Assembly: GCA_964422165.1 (NCBI GenBank)
Contig: CAYQZX010000052.1
Span: 92,663-156,662 of the forward strand
Direction of reading: 5' to 3'
Length of the DNA: 64,000 nucleotides
DNA from: an uncultured Eubacteriales bacterium
Lineage (GTDB): Bacteria; Acidobacteriota; Aminicenantia; Aminicenantales; Saccharicenantaceae
A program made the translations under genes and the position numbers. Of the stretch, positions 28,167 to 38,553 are shown in pieces. How positions within the stretch are numbered: position 1 is the first letter of the stretch; every line of letters begins with the position of its first letter. Under the pieces are notes generated by a model. That model saw nothing but the letters and a program-made list of their open reading frames with translations. It was not told the DNA's origin and made no database searches.

Positions 28167-29198
28167 ATGAGCCTCTGGACCTGGGTAAAGGATAGATTAT
28201 TCTGTGATCTGGCCGTAGACCTTGGAACCGCCAACACGCTGGTTTATATGAAGGGCAGAGGAATAGTAGTTCAGGAACCTTCTATTGTGGTGGTCAATAA
28301 ACAAACCGGCAAGATTGAAGCGGTGGGCAACCGGGCTAAGGAAATGCTTGGAAAAACGCCCAATAATGTGGTGGCCATCAGACCCATGCGGGATGGGGTC
28401 ATAGCTGACTTTGAGATTGCTGAAAGGATGCTTGATTATTTTATCAAACAGGCCATGAATAACCGGGGTTTTCTGCTGAGACCCAGAATTGTCATTGGAA
28501 TTCCAACCGGTATTACTCAGGTGGAACGTCGGGCAGTCAAAGATGTGGCTCTTCGGGCCAGGGCCTCTGAAGTATATATTGTTGAACAGCCTATGGCTGC
28601 CGCTGTGGGGGCCGACCTGCCAATTTCTGAGCCGACCGGAAATATGATTGTGGACATCGGGGGAGGAACTACTGATATTGCAGTAATTTCGCTGAATGGC
28701 GTGGTTTTTAATCATTCCATCAGAATTGCCAGCAATGAAATGGATGAAGCCATCATCCATTATCTGAAAAAGAAATACAATTTACTCATAGGAGAAAAAA
28801 CAGCTGAGCAGGTCAAAATTCAGCTGGGCTCAGCCTATCCTCTTGATGAATCGCTGACCATGGAAATAAAAGGGCGTGATTTGAGGGAAGGTATTCCACG
28901 AACTATAGTGGTTGATGATCAGGAAATAAGAGAAGCCATTGAAGAGGTAATTACGGCCATAATAAACGCCATAAGAATTGCTCTGGAGAGAACACCGCCC
29001 GAGCTTTCGGCTGACATCATCGACCGGGGGATAATTTTAACTGGAGGCGGAGCTCTATTAAAAAATCTCGACAAAAGGGTAAGAGAAGAAACTCAACTTC
29101 CGGTTTTTCTGACGGAAGACCCATTAACCTCAGTGGTTATGGGGGCGGGCAAGTTGCTGGATGACATTGAGCTTTTAAAGAAAATTTCTCTGGAGTAG
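28167..29198 (+). CDS. mreB: Rod shape-determining protein MreB
   Basis: DLGTANT, IRPMRDGVIADF, DIGGGTT, LTGGGALL. Start placed at ATG 28167 behind AAGGA. Confidence 0.96.
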   Translation: MSLWTWVKDRLFCDLAVDLGTANTLVYMKGRGIVVQEPSIVVVNKQTGKIEAVGNRAKEMLGKTPNNVVAIRPMRDGVIADFEIAERMLDYFIKQAMNNRGFLLRPRIVIGIPTGITQVERRAVKDVALRARASEVYIVEQPMAAAVGADLPISEPTGNMIVDIGGGTTDIAVISLNGVVFNHSIRIASNEMDEAIIHYLKKKYNLLIGEKTAEQVKIQLGSAYPLDESLTMEIKGRDLREGIPRTIVVDDQEIREAIEEVITAIINAIRIALERTPPELSADIIDRGIILTGGGALLKNLDKRVREETQLPVFLTEDPLTSVVMGAGKLLDDIELLKKISLE

Positions 29199-29217
29199 AG
29201 AATAGACTAAAAGACGG

Positions 29218-30054
29218 ATGTCACCTGTTCGACTGTTTAAAAATAAATTTCTGGTTGTCGGACTTCTGGTCTTTTTTAACTTGATAATCATTTCCTACCA
29301 GGTTCCGCTTGGCAGTAGACCTTCTTTACTGGAAAGGTTTTTGCTACTTTTTTTTGCCCGAATTCAGAGAACAGCTACTGCTGTTTACCAGGTAATGGCT
29401 TCTGGCTGGCAGAACTTAAAGGCTCTGGAAGAGGTTAAAAGGGAAAATTTGACCCTGATAAAGGAAAACTTTTTTTTAAGACAGGAAAATATACTTCTCC
29501 AGGAAAAACTGCGTCTGACTCACGACCGGTTAGAGCTGGAGGAGGGCTTAAAGTTAATTTCCACTTCTATCATACCGGCTCGAATAATTGGTTTTGACAC
29601 CTCTAATTTTTACAGGTCGGCGGTCATTAACCGGGGCATTGAGGATGGAGTGGTTAAAAACCTTCCCGTTTGTGATAAATTCGGTAATCTTGTCGGGAGG
29701 ACGGCCGAGCCGGTTTTGGCCAGAGAATCAAGAGTAATACTGATAACCTCAGAAGAAAGCGGGGTGGCCGTAATTTCGGCTTCTGAAAAAATGCCCGGCA
29801 TACTATCTGGCGATGGACAGGGAAGATGCCTGGTAAAGTACGTACTGGCCACTTTTCCCCGGGGGCAGGAAGGCGAGGAAATTATAACCTCTGGTTATGA
29901 CCAGATATTTCCTCCAGGGTTAAAAGTCGGGCGGATAGTAAGAATTTTCTCGGAGGGAGGCGTTTTCAAAAAAATTCTAGTCCACCCATATTTTAACTTC
30001 AGGGAATTATCCATGGTAGCAGTCTTGAAAAATACTGATACCTGGTTGAGGTAA
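29218..30054 (+). CDS. mreC: Rod shape-determining protein MreC
   Basis: N-terminal TM, coiled coil, INRG..DGV, ITSG..IFPPGL; operon position. Confidence 0.9.
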   Translation: MSPVRLFKNKFLVVGLLVFFNLIIISYQVPLGSRPSLLERFLLLFFARIQRTATAVYQVMASGWQNLKALEEVKRENLTLIKENFFLRQENILLQEKLRLTHDRLELEEGLKLISTSIIPARIIGFDTSNFYRSAVINRGIEDGVVKNLPVCDKFGNLVGRTAEPVLARESRVILITSEESGVAVISASEKMPGILSGDGQGRCLVKYVLATFPRGQEGEEIITSGYDQIFPPGLKVGRIVRIFSEGGVFKKILVHPYFNFRELSMVAVLKNTDTWLR

Positions 30055-30057
30055 CTC

Positions 30058-30537
30058 TTGGTGCCAAAAGGATTTGTTCTCTTTCTCGGCCTGGTCATGG
30101 CAGTAGCTCTTTATTCATTGCTGGGGCGTTTAGAACCGACTCTGATTATCATGATCAACACCTTTTCTATCCTGGTTTTTTGGAGTGGAGTTGTTTATGG
30201 AGAAACATACGGAGCGGTGATGGGCACTTGTGCTGGTCTGGTTCAGGATGCTTTTTCTTCGGGGGTGTTCGGGCTGGCGGCGCTGAGTCTTACTGTGGCT
30301 GGCTTTCTGGCCGGTTATTTAAGCCGAAAGCTGGACCTGAACTCCTTTTATAAGAGGACTATTTTTATTTTCTTTCTGAGCCTTATCCAGATAGCTATCT
30401 GGCTGTTTTTTTATTTCTTCATCTTCAGAAAAAGTCTCCTTTATACTCAGCCGGCTCTCTACCTTCAGCCAGTTGTAACTGCATTTTTGTCCGGTGCCGT
30501 TATCACAATTTTCAAGAAATTTACCCGGATGAGCTGA
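30058..30537 (+). CDS. mreD: Rod shape-determining protein MreD
   Basis: Hydrophobic 159-aa protein with GLVQDAFS..FG motif between mreC and mrdA; start codon uncertain (TTG 30058 or GTG 30061). Confidence 0.85.
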   Translation: MVPKGFVLFLGLVMAVALYSLLGRLEPTLIIMINTFSILVFWSGVVYGETYGAVMGTCAGLVQDAFSSGVFGLAALSLTVAGFLAGYLSRKLDLNSFYKRTIFIFFLSLIQIAIWLFFYFFIFRKSLLYTQPALYLQPVVTAFLSGAVITIFKKFTRMS

Positions 30538-30546
30538 TAAGCTGAA

Positions 30547-32346
30547 ATGGCCAGGATTTATGAAGACCTGACAGCATTAATAAGAAGATCGAAAATTACC
30601 TTTTTTCTCATCGCCGCTTCTTTTGTCCTGGTATTGGCTTATTACTGGAAAATGCAGATAATAGACCATCAAAAGTACTGGAAGATGGCTGAAGCCAATA
30701 CTGTAAGAGAAGTGCATCTGCCGGCGCCCCGGGGTTTGATTCTTGACCGGCAGCAGATAATTCTGGCCGATAACATTCCCAGCTTTAAGGTTTCTCTGGT
30801 AAGAGAAGCAGTTCGCGATTACCAGGAGACTCTGGACAGGTTAAGCCAGCTGCTAAACCTTAGACCGGAAGAGCTCAAACAAAGGATAGAACGTTACCGA
30901 ATGCTGCCTTCTTTTGAGCCAATAGTCATCAAAGACAATCTTAAGCTGGAAGAAGTGGCTGTTCTTGAAGCCGCAAAGGAAGAATTTCCTGAGCTCAAAA
31001 TTGAGGTAGAACCCAGGAGGTTTTATCCCTTCGGACCAACTGCGGCTCATGTCCTCGGCTACCTTCAGGAAATCTCGGTGGATGAACTGAGGGTCAACCG
31101 TGGAAGAAAATGGCACAGCGGAGAAATGGTTGGAAAGTCAGGCCTGGAAAAGCAGTACAATGATTACCTGAGTGGCCAGCCGGGTAAACTTGAAGAGCTG
31201 GTTGACAGCCTTGGTCGTCCCCAGGCTGAAATTAATCGAATAGAACCTGTTCAGGGAAAAAACCTTGTTCTTTCCCTGGACTTTGACCTGCAAAAGAAAG
31301 CTGAAGAACTTCTTCAGAATCGAGAAGGCGTCATAGTGGTCCTGGATGTCAGCACAGGGGAGTGTCTGGTCTGGGCCAGTTCCCCTTCATATGACCCCAA
31401 TCGGTTCATCAGCCGATTTTCAACCGAAGAGTGGCTTTCCATAATAAATGATCCTGGAAAGCCTCTGGAAAACCGGGTAATAAGAGGTTTGTATTCTCCT
31501 GGTTCTACCTTCAAAATCGTTATGGCTCTGGCCGCTCTGGACCAAGGGCTGATTACTGAAAACACAACTTTTTTTTGCAGTGGAGGTCTTGAGCTTTATG
31601 GAAAGGAATTTGCCTGCTGGTTTAAGCCCGGTCACGGAAGTCTTAATTTACCTGAAGCCATCAAAAGTTCATGCAACGTCTATTTTTACCAGTTAGGCAG
31701 AAGGATGTCTATAGATACAATTGCTTTCTATGCCAGGGCTCTCGGCCTGGGCAAGAAAACAGAGATTGACCTTCCAGGAGAGAAAGAAGGTCTGGTTCCA
31801 AGTTCAGAATGGAAAAGGAAAATTATGGGACAGAGCTGGTTTCCCGGAGAGACAATTTCTGTGGCCATAGGTCAGGGCCCATTGCTGGTTACCCCGCTGC
31901 AGTTAGCCACTTTGACTGCCATGGTGGCTAACAGGGGGATTAAGGTCCGGCCTTCGCTGATTCGTAGAGATCAGAACAATAATAATGAAAGTATTCCGGG
32001 GGTAGAAAGAGCTGAAATTCCAGCTGATTATTTTGAAAAAGTCATAGAAGGAATGTGGCGGTCAGTCAATCAGGGCGGCACCGGAAGGTCGGCCAGTCAA
32101 CCAGGGTTTGACATTTGCGGCAAAACTGGCAGCACCCAGCTCATAGGCCGCGAAACAGCCGAAAAGTTAATCCAGAAGGGGGGAGAAACCATAAAAACTC
32201 ACTCCTGGTTTACCGGTTTTGCCCCTCGTTTTAATCCCAGAATTGTGGTCACAGTGCTGGTTGAATTCGGGGGCCTGGGAGGTGAGACTGCGGCTCCCAT
32301 AGCCGGACAGATTTTTAGAGCTTATAGAGAAAAGTATGTTAGATAG
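30547..32346 (+). CDS. mrdA: Penicillin-binding protein 2
   Basis: APRGLILDR, GKSGLEKQY, catalytic STFK, SCN, KTG. Confidence 0.95.
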   Translation: MARIYEDLTALIRRSKITFFLIAASFVLVLAYYWKMQIIDHQKYWKMAEANTVREVHLPAPRGLILDRQQIILADNIPSFKVSLVREAVRDYQETLDRLSQLLNLRPEELKQRIERYRMLPSFEPIVIKDNLKLEEVAVLEAAKEEFPELKIEVEPRRFYPFGPTAAHVLGYLQEISVDELRVNRGRKWHSGEMVGKSGLEKQYNDYLSGQPGKLEELVDSLGRPQAEINRIEPVQGKNLVLSLDFDLQKKAEELLQNREGVIVVLDVSTGECLVWASSPSYDPNRFISRFSTEEWLSIINDPGKPLENRVIRGLYSPGSTFKIVMALAALDQGLITENTTFFCSGGLELYGKEFACWFKPGHGSLNLPEAIKSSCNVYFYQLGRRMSIDTIAFYARALGLGKKTEIDLPGEKEGLVPSSEWKRKIMGQSWFPGETISVAIGQGPLLVTPLQLATLTAMVANRGIKVRPSLIRRDQNNNNESIPGVERAEIPADYFEKVIEGMWRSVNQGGTGRSASQPGFDICGKTGSTQLIGRETAEKLIQKGGETIKTHSWFTGFAPRFNPRIVVTVLVEFGGLGGETAAPIAGQIFRAYREKYVR

Positions 32347-33427
32347 AAGAATTTTCCGGGAATTTGACGGGCAGACTATTCTGTTGATGGTTATTCTGTC
32401 CCTTACTGGAATAATTTTTATTTACAGTGCTATCTATCTGCATGCCAGTCATTATGTCTTTCGTCAGGTAGCCTTTCTTCTGGTGAGCCTTCTGACACTT
32501 TTTGTTCTTATTATGATTGATTATAAATTTTTGCTGAATATCTCTATTCCCCTGTATATATTGCTTAATCTTATTCTTCTGGGGCTGCTGTTTTTTGGGA
32601 AGCTGGTAGCCAATACCAGAAGCTGGATAGTTGTGGGAAAATTTCAGGTTCAACCATCTGAGCTCACCAAAGTGGTGGTGATTCTGGTTCTGGCCCGGAT
32701 TTTTTCTGAATACCGGGAGGACCTAATGTCTTTCAAAGCTTTCGTCCTGAGCTCGGCCGTGGTAGGATTGCCTGTTATCCTGACTGCCTTGCAACCCGAT
32801 CTGGGCACAGCCCTGACCTATCTGCCAGTTCTTTTGGGTGCCTACATTCTGGCCGGGATGAAAAAGAAATATGTAGCTATTATTCTCATCGGAGCAGTGC
32901 TGATCGGGTTTTTAGGGTGGAATTATGGCTTAAAGGAATATCAAAAGAAGAGAATTGAAACGCTGCTCACTCCGAATCAGGACCCCCGTGGCTCTGGTTA
33001 TCAGCTGAGGCAGTCTAAAATCGCCATAGGTTCGGGGGGACTTACGGGAAAGGGCTATCATAAAGGCACTCAGAGTCAGTTGAAATTTTTACCGGCCAGA
33101 CATACAGATTTTATAATGGCTGTGGTTGCCGAAGACACTGGATTCCTGGGTTTAACCTTTGTTTTTTTTCTGTATTTTCTACTTCTTTACCGGCTTTTTT
33201 CTACAGCCTGGGTTGCCCCGGATCGGGCCGGTGTCTATATCTCTTTTCTGGCAGCCATGTTGATAGGCTGCCAGTTTTTGATAAATGTAATGATGCTGGT
33301 AGGGCTTTTTCCGATAACCGGCATTCCAGTGCCTTTCCTCAGCTATGGAGGTTCGTCACTTCTCTCTAATTTTCTGGTATGCGGACTGGTCATTAATGTG
33401 CGGATGAGGCGGTTCGCTTTTATTTAA
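32336..33427 (+). CDS. rodA: SEDS peptidoglycan glycosyltransferase RodA
   Basis: QPSELTK, QPDLG, GYQLRQSKIAIGSGG, LPARHTDFI, PFLSYGGSS. Confidence 0.95.
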   Translation: MLDRRIFREFDGQTILLMVILSLTGIIFIYSAIYLHASHYVFRQVAFLLVSLLTLFVLIMIDYKFLLNISIPLYILLNLILLGLLFFGKLVANTRSWIVVGKFQVQPSELTKVVVILVLARIFSEYREDLMSFKAFVLSSAVVGLPVILTALQPDLGTALTYLPVLLGAYILAGMKKKYVAIILIGAVLIGFLGWNYGLKEYQKKRIETLLTPNQDPRGSGYQLRQSKIAIGSGGLTGKGYHKGTQSQLKFLPARHTDFIMAVVAEDTGFLGLTFVFFLYFLLLYRLFSTAWVAPDRAGVYISFLAAMLIGCQFLINVMMLVGLFPITGIPVPFLSYGGSSLLSNFLVCGLVINVRMRRFAFI

Positions 33428-33451
33428 AGTGATTTCTGGTAAAGTTAAATT

Positions 33452-36034
33452 ATGGTTAAAACAGAAAGTCTTGATTTACACCGTCTGGAACTTATCTGGC
33501 GCCGGGTCCAGAAGCCTGGTCGGTACACCGGAGGCGAGCTGAATCAGGTTAAAAAAGACCCTGATTCAGTTAAAGTTAAAGTGGCTCTGGCTTTTCCTGA
33601 AGTTTATGAAATAGGAATGTCCTATTTAGGACAGAAGATTCTGTACTCCAAATTGAACCGCAGGCCGGAAGTTCTGGCGGAAAGAGTCTACGCCCCGTGG
33701 CCTGATTTTGAAGTCGAGCTCAGGAAATCTGGTCTGCCCCTTTATTCGCTTGAAAACCGTATCCCGGTCTTTGAGTTTGACTGGATCTGTTTTTCTCTTC
33801 TTTATGAGCTAAATAACACCAACCTGCTGACCATTTTGGATCTGGGAAAGGTTCCGCTTCTGAGTGCTGACCGGAGTCTGAAACATCCACTGGTTCTGGC
33901 TGGAGGTCCGGCGGCTCTCAATCCTGAACCTCTGGCCGAGTTCATTGACCTTTTTGTTTTTGGTGACGGGGAAGAAGTAATTGAGGAAATCCTGGACCGG
34001 TATCTCGAAATCAAAGGCGAAGTAAGAAACAGGGAAGAACTGTTGAGGGGCTTCTCTGATATTTCCGGGGTTTATCTTCCTTTTTTTTATCGGGCTTGTT
34101 CTCAGCCAAAAAGTTTTTTATTGATCCCCAGACCGGAGCCTGGTTTTTCTGAAAAAATAGAAAAACGAGTAGTTTTTCCTCTGGAAAAAGCCAGCCCTCC
34201 TGACAGGTTTGTAGTTCCAAACGTTCAAAGCGTCTTTGACCGTTTCCAGGTAGAAGTGGCCAGAGGCTGTCCCCAGAATTGTAGATTCTGTCAGGCCTCG
34301 AGTATTTATTTCCCTTACCGGCTCAGACCAATTTCCCAAACAGTAGAAGCTGCCCGCAAAGGTCTGGAACAGACCGGATTCGATGACCTTTCTTTTAGCG
34401 CTCTTTCGGTAGGAGACTATCCTTTTCTGGAGCAGGCCATAGAGCACCTGATGCCTTATCTGGAGATACAAAAAATTTCGGTTTCTCTACCTTCTCTGAG
34501 ACCGGGCCGGCTTTCCAGAAAAATGGTTGAAGAGATTGTTAAAATCAGAAAAACTGGATTTACCCTGGTTCCGGAAGCTGGAAGTGAGAGGTTGCGGAGA
34601 GTAATAAACAAAAAGATTACCGACGAGGAATTGATGACCGCAGCCAGATATGCCTATGAGCACGGCTGGCGGCTTTTGAAACTTTATTTTATGATTGGTT
34701 TGCCCACTGAAACCGCTGAAGATCTTAAAGCTATTATCAGGTTGATAGGGGAGCTCGTCGAGCTAGGGAAAAAAGTTTCGGGATTCTATCCCTCCATCAA
34801 CCTGAGTGTCTCACCATTTATCCCCAAACCCCATACCCCATTTCAATGGCTGGCCATGGAAGAGGAGACTCTTCTAAGGGAAAAGCAGGAATACCTCAGA
34901 AGTAACTTAAAACGCTGGAAAAAGGTGGAGTTGAAAGAACACCGGATAAAAGCTTCCATTCTGGAAGCAGTTTTTTCCCGGGGTGACCGCCGGCTTGGGG
35001 CAGTTCTCAGGCAAGCTTACCACCTGGGGGCTCGTTTTGATGGCTGGCTGGACCTGTTTAATTTTGAACTCTGGGAAAAAGCCTTTGAAAAAGAAGGACT
35101 GGATTACCATCTTTATCTTCATGCTATAGACCGGGAAGCCGCACTACCCTGGGAGGTAGTTGAAGTAGGACTTAAGAAATCTTATCTTCTGGAAGAACTT
35201 AAAGCGGCCCGGGAGGCCCGTTTTACCGACTCCTGTGAAGAGAGAATCTGCAGCTGCTGCCAGGCCTGCTTCTGGCCGGAATATAAAAATCAACCTGTGG
35301 CGGAGAATGCGCCTGGTCTGGCTTTCCAGGGAATTCAGCCCATTCCTCCGGAAACCAATCAAGGGCCGATCCGCTACCGGGCTTCATTTGAGAAAATCGG
35401 TCTATCCCGGTTTATTTCTCATAATGACCTGCTTAATCACCTGGAAAGAGCCATCAGACGATCTGGTTTCAGATTGGCTTTCTCCCGGGGTTTTCATCCG
35501 AAGCTTCTGGCTAGCTACGGTCCAGCTTTGCCTCTTGGTCTGGCAGCCCGAGCTGAGGTCATGGAGTTTAAGGCCCTCGAAGAGATACAGGTTTCCAGAT
35601 TTCTTGAAGCCGTAAATTCCAGTCTTCCTGAGGGCTTAAGGTTTTTGGGATTAAAAGCCTGCTCACCTGACTGTTTGCCAATTTTTCAGGATATCGCCTT
35701 TCTGGTCTACTCTCTTGATTTAATGGATTCTGAAGCCGGAGGGATTGAGAACCTGGAAGAGAAGTTAAACCCCGACCGGCTGAACGAAATTCTGGAATCT
35801 TATCAGAATAAAATTAAAGTGGAACCAGAGCTGGCTTCTCATCGGATTAAATTTCTGGTTGAGTTTGAACCGCAACGACCCATCAGGATTCAGGATGTGA
35901 TCGGAAAGCTTCTGGGACTGGAAAATTCTGTTTACCTTCTCACCAGAGATTATATAATTTTCAAGGATGGGAGTGATTCCCGAGGGCTTTGTTTTCTGGC
36001 TGACCGCAGAAATAAAATATCATGGCCTGATTAG
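33452..36034 (+). CDS. TIGR03960-type B12-binding radical SAM protein fused to TIGR03936/DUF2344 domain
   Basis: KPGRYTGGELN, AFPEVYEIGMS, RGCPQNCRFC (CxxxCxxC), C-terminal RFISHNDL...GFHPK..SYGPALPLG domain. Confidence 0.85.
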   Translation: MVKTESLDLHRLELIWRRVQKPGRYTGGELNQVKKDPDSVKVKVALAFPEVYEIGMSYLGQKILYSKLNRRPEVLAERVYAPWPDFEVELRKSGLPLYSLENRIPVFEFDWICFSLLYELNNTNLLTILDLGKVPLLSADRSLKHPLVLAGGPAALNPEPLAEFIDLFVFGDGEEVIEEILDRYLEIKGEVRNREELLRGFSDISGVYLPFFYRACSQPKSFLLIPRPEPGFSEKIEKRVVFPLEKASPPDRFVVPNVQSVFDRFQVEVARGCPQNCRFCQASSIYFPYRLRPISQTVEAARKGLEQTGFDDLSFSALSVGDYPFLEQAIEHLMPYLEIQKISVSLPSLRPGRLSRKMVEEIVKIRKTGFTLVPEAGSERLRRVINKKITDEELMTAARYAYEHGWRLLKLYFMIGLPTETAEDLKAIIRLIGELVELGKKVSGFYPSINLSVSPFIPKPHTPFQWLAMEEETLLREKQEYLRSNLKRWKKVELKEHRIKASILEAVFSRGDRRLGAVLRQAYHLGARFDGWLDLFNFELWEKAFEKEGLDYHLYLHAIDREAALPWEVVEVGLKKSYLLEELKAAREARFTDSCEERICSCCQACFWPEYKNQPVAENAPGLAFQGIQPIPPETNQGPIRYRASFEKIGLSRFISHNDLLNHLERAIRRSGFRLAFSRGFHPKLLASYGPALPLGLAARAEVMEFKALEEIQVSRFLEAVNSSLPEGLRFLGLKACSPDCLPIFQDIAFLVYSLDLMDSEAGGIENLEEKLNPDRLNEILESYQNKIKVEPELASHRIKFLVEFEPQRPIRIQDVIGKLLGLENSVYLLTRDYIIFKDGSDSRGLCFLADRRNKISWPD

Positions 36035-36724
36035 CCGGCAGCTTTTTTCCAGAATTTTTCTGCCTGATTCACCACAGCAGAGCCAGAGGTCCAGAGCTGA
36101 AAGGTTGGGGATGAAATCTCCCCAGAACTGTGGGTAGGGAAGCTGCTGGTATTTCAAAAAAATTATCTTCAATCCGGCTGAAGTAAAAAATTCGACTGGC
36201 AGGTGCCGGTCAGCTAACCAGGGGAGAAGAACCTCATTGGCACCGACCTGTCTGGCCAGTTCCAGCAGCAGTTGACAGCCTTTTAAAGAAGAAGTTTCCT
36301 CGGGCTGCTCAACCATGGTCGTTGGGATGGCCCATTTTTCTGCCAGAAGTCGATTAACTCCTGCGGTCAAAGCACAAAAATTTTCTCTAGCCTGGTTAAA
36401 AATGGTTCGAAGCTGTGCTTCCGTCTCTTCAAAATAAATTGAATGACAGTAGTAATGCCGGAGCAAGGAAAAGAATTTTTGGCTCCATCTTTCAGGTTCA
36501 AAGATTCGGAGCTTATTTATAGTCTGAAGCCCCAGTCCTTTTTTGTGAACAGGAACGGTTATCCAAATTTCTCCCCGGGGATTCTTGAGCCGATTGCGGT
36601 TGACATAAGTAAAACCGCGAGCAAACTGGGTTTGATCAAGGATTATCATCAGGTCTGAATGAAGAAGACGACCGAAAAAACCACCCCAGGGCAAGAAAAC
36701 TGGCTGATTAAAACTGACTCTCAT
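36020..36724 (-). CDS. WbqC-family protein
   Basis: QPVFLPW, NRNRL...WITVPV, YPQFWGDFIPNLSALDLW; 3' end overlaps the convergent radical SAM gene. Confidence 0.8.
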   Translation of the reverse strand: MRVSFNQPVFLPWGGFFGRLLHSDLMIILDQTQFARGFTYVNRNRLKNPRGEIWITVPVHKKGLGLQTINKLRIFEPERWSQKFFSLLRHYYCHSIYFEETEAQLRTIFNQARENFCALTAGVNRLLAEKWAIPTTMVEQPEETSSLKGCQLLLELARQVGANEVLLPWLADRHLPVEFFTSAGLKIIFLKYQQLPYPQFWGDFIPNLSALDLWLCCGESGRKILEKSCRLIRP

Positions 36725-36850
36725 AACTGACTCTTTTCCTGAAAATTCTACAGCAAAAATCTGATTGAGTAAAAGTGTTCAAAAAGCTTGTTTGATGGTC
36801 AGAAGCTCTAAGTTTTCCAGTGAAAATACAGGTTTTGGCTGAAAAACTGG

Positions 36851-36880
36851 TTGACAAACCGAAGGGGGCTTTCTGATAAT
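36851..36880 (+). promoter_or_regulatory. Putative sigma70 promoter of the C69 peptidase gene
   Basis: TTGACA-18 nt-GATAAT; AAGGAGG SD before ATG 36911. Confidence 0.5.
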
Positions 36881-36910
36881 TGATTCGACCTGCAATTTAA
36901 GGAGGAAATA

Positions 36911-38542
36911 ATGAAGTTCAAAAAATTTCTACGAAATTTAATTTTGTTACTGGTTCTGACCTTTCTTGGTGGTTTGGTTCTATTCAGCCGGGCTTCATTT
37001 AATGAAAACAATTCGTTTAGTTTTTCCTTAGAGGATGGGACTGGTTGCACCAGCATTATGGTTGGGAGGCTGGCCTCTGGTGATGGCTCGGTCATAACCT
37101 GTCATACCTGTGACGGAAATTACCGTCAGTGGTTAAATATTGTGCCGCGCCGTAAAAATGCTCCAGGGTCAACCAATAAAATTTATGAAGGTAAAATGCA
37201 TACCGAAACCCCTTATGACATGAGGAAAGTGGTATTAAAAGGAGAGATTCCTGAAGTACCGGAAACTTATGCTTTTTTGAACACTGCTTATCCAGCCATG
37301 AATGAGCATGGTCTGGCCATAGGAGAAACTACCATCGGTGGTCGGCAGGAGCTTTACAACCCTGAAGGAATGTTTATGATAGAAGAGCTTCAAAGGATAA
37401 TGCTCGAGCGCTGTAAAACAGCCAGAGAAGCCATCAAACTGGCCGGAGAGCTGGTCAAGCAGTATGGTTATGGAGATCATGGAGAATGTCTGACCATTGC
37501 TGACAGCCGGGAAGTCTGGCACTTTGAAATTTTTGGAGCTGGTCCACTGGAAAAGGGAGCAGTCTGGGCTGCGGTCAGAATTCCTGATGACCACGTTGGC
37601 GTTTCAGCCAATATACCTCGAATCTCAGAAATAAACCTAAAAGACCCCGACCGGTATATGGCATCGGAAAATGTTTTCCGCGTGGCTGAGGAGATGGGCT
37701 GGTGGAACCCTAAGTCCGGAGAACCTTTTAAGTTCTGGAAGGCTTACAGCGGTCGCAAACCTTTTGCTATAAGAGAATATTTTATCTTAAGCCGCCTGGC
37801 TCCCTCTCTAAAGCTTGACTGGAATGCAGAAGAACTGCCTTTTTCTGTAAAGCCGGACAGAAAAGTTTCAGTCCGGGAAGTTTTGAAGTTATACCGTGAG
37901 ACTTATGCTGGAACGGAGTTTGATATGACCAGAAATCTTCTGGTTAAGAAAAGAAACTCAGAGGAGATGGTGCCCAGTCCGGTGGTCAGCAACTTTATGT
38001 CCCGGGACTGGATTACTCTCATCAACACCTTAAAACCTGGAACCATAGAACCCCAAAGAACTATTGCTATAAATGCCTGTGCTTATGCCACAGTCATTCA
38101 GCTAAGAAGCTGGCTGCCACCTGCGGTGGGAGCAGTGTGCTGGTTCGCTTTCGACAACCCGGCTCTAAGTGCCAGAATTCCTATTTTTGCCGGAGTTACT
38201 GAACTACCTTCAAGTTTTGAAGTCTGTGCTCAGCATCGTTACCGGGAAGATTCAGCCGCCTGGATTTTCCGGAGGGCCAACCGCCTGGCTATTCTGCGCT
38301 GGGGAGAAAATCAGAAGATTATGGAAGATACAGTGATGGCTTTTGAAGAGAAAGCTTTTGCTGAACTGCCTCTCGTTGAGAAAAAAGTGCTGGAAATTAT
38401 GAATAGCAAAAATCCAGAAAAAGAACCTTTAAGCGTAAGTCAGTACCTGACCCTTTATACCAACGATTTTGCCCGGGCGGCCATGCAGAAATACCGGGAG
38501 CTTTACGAACTTTTCTGGACCAGGTACGCCAGAGGTTTTTAA
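36911..38542 (+). CDS. Secreted C69-family dipeptidase (Ntn-hydrolase)
   Basis: Signal peptide, propeptide, then CTSIMVGRLASGDGS; MNEHGLAIGETT, ERCKTAREAI, IADSREVW, LPFSVKP. Confidence 0.88.
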   Translation: MKFKKFLRNLILLLVLTFLGGLVLFSRASFNENNSFSFSLEDGTGCTSIMVGRLASGDGSVITCHTCDGNYRQWLNIVPRRKNAPGSTNKIYEGKMHTETPYDMRKVVLKGEIPEVPETYAFLNTAYPAMNEHGLAIGETTIGGRQELYNPEGMFMIEELQRIMLERCKTAREAIKLAGELVKQYGYGDHGECLTIADSREVWHFEIFGAGPLEKGAVWAAVRIPDDHVGVSANIPRISEINLKDPDRYMASENVFRVAEEMGWWNPKSGEPFKFWKAYSGRKPFAIREYFILSRLAPSLKLDWNAEELPFSVKPDRKVSVREVLKLYRETYAGTEFDMTRNLLVKKRNSEEMVPSPVVSNFMSRDWITLINTLKPGTIEPQRTIAINACAYATVIQLRSWLPPAVGAVCWFAFDNPALSARIPIFAGVTELPSSFEVCAQHRYREDSAAWIFRRANRLAILRWGENQKIMEDTVMAFEEKAFAELPLVEKKVLEIMNSKNPEKEPLSVSQYLTLYTNDFARAAMQKYRELYELFWTRYARGF

Positions 38543-38553
38543 TCTGGTAGCGG

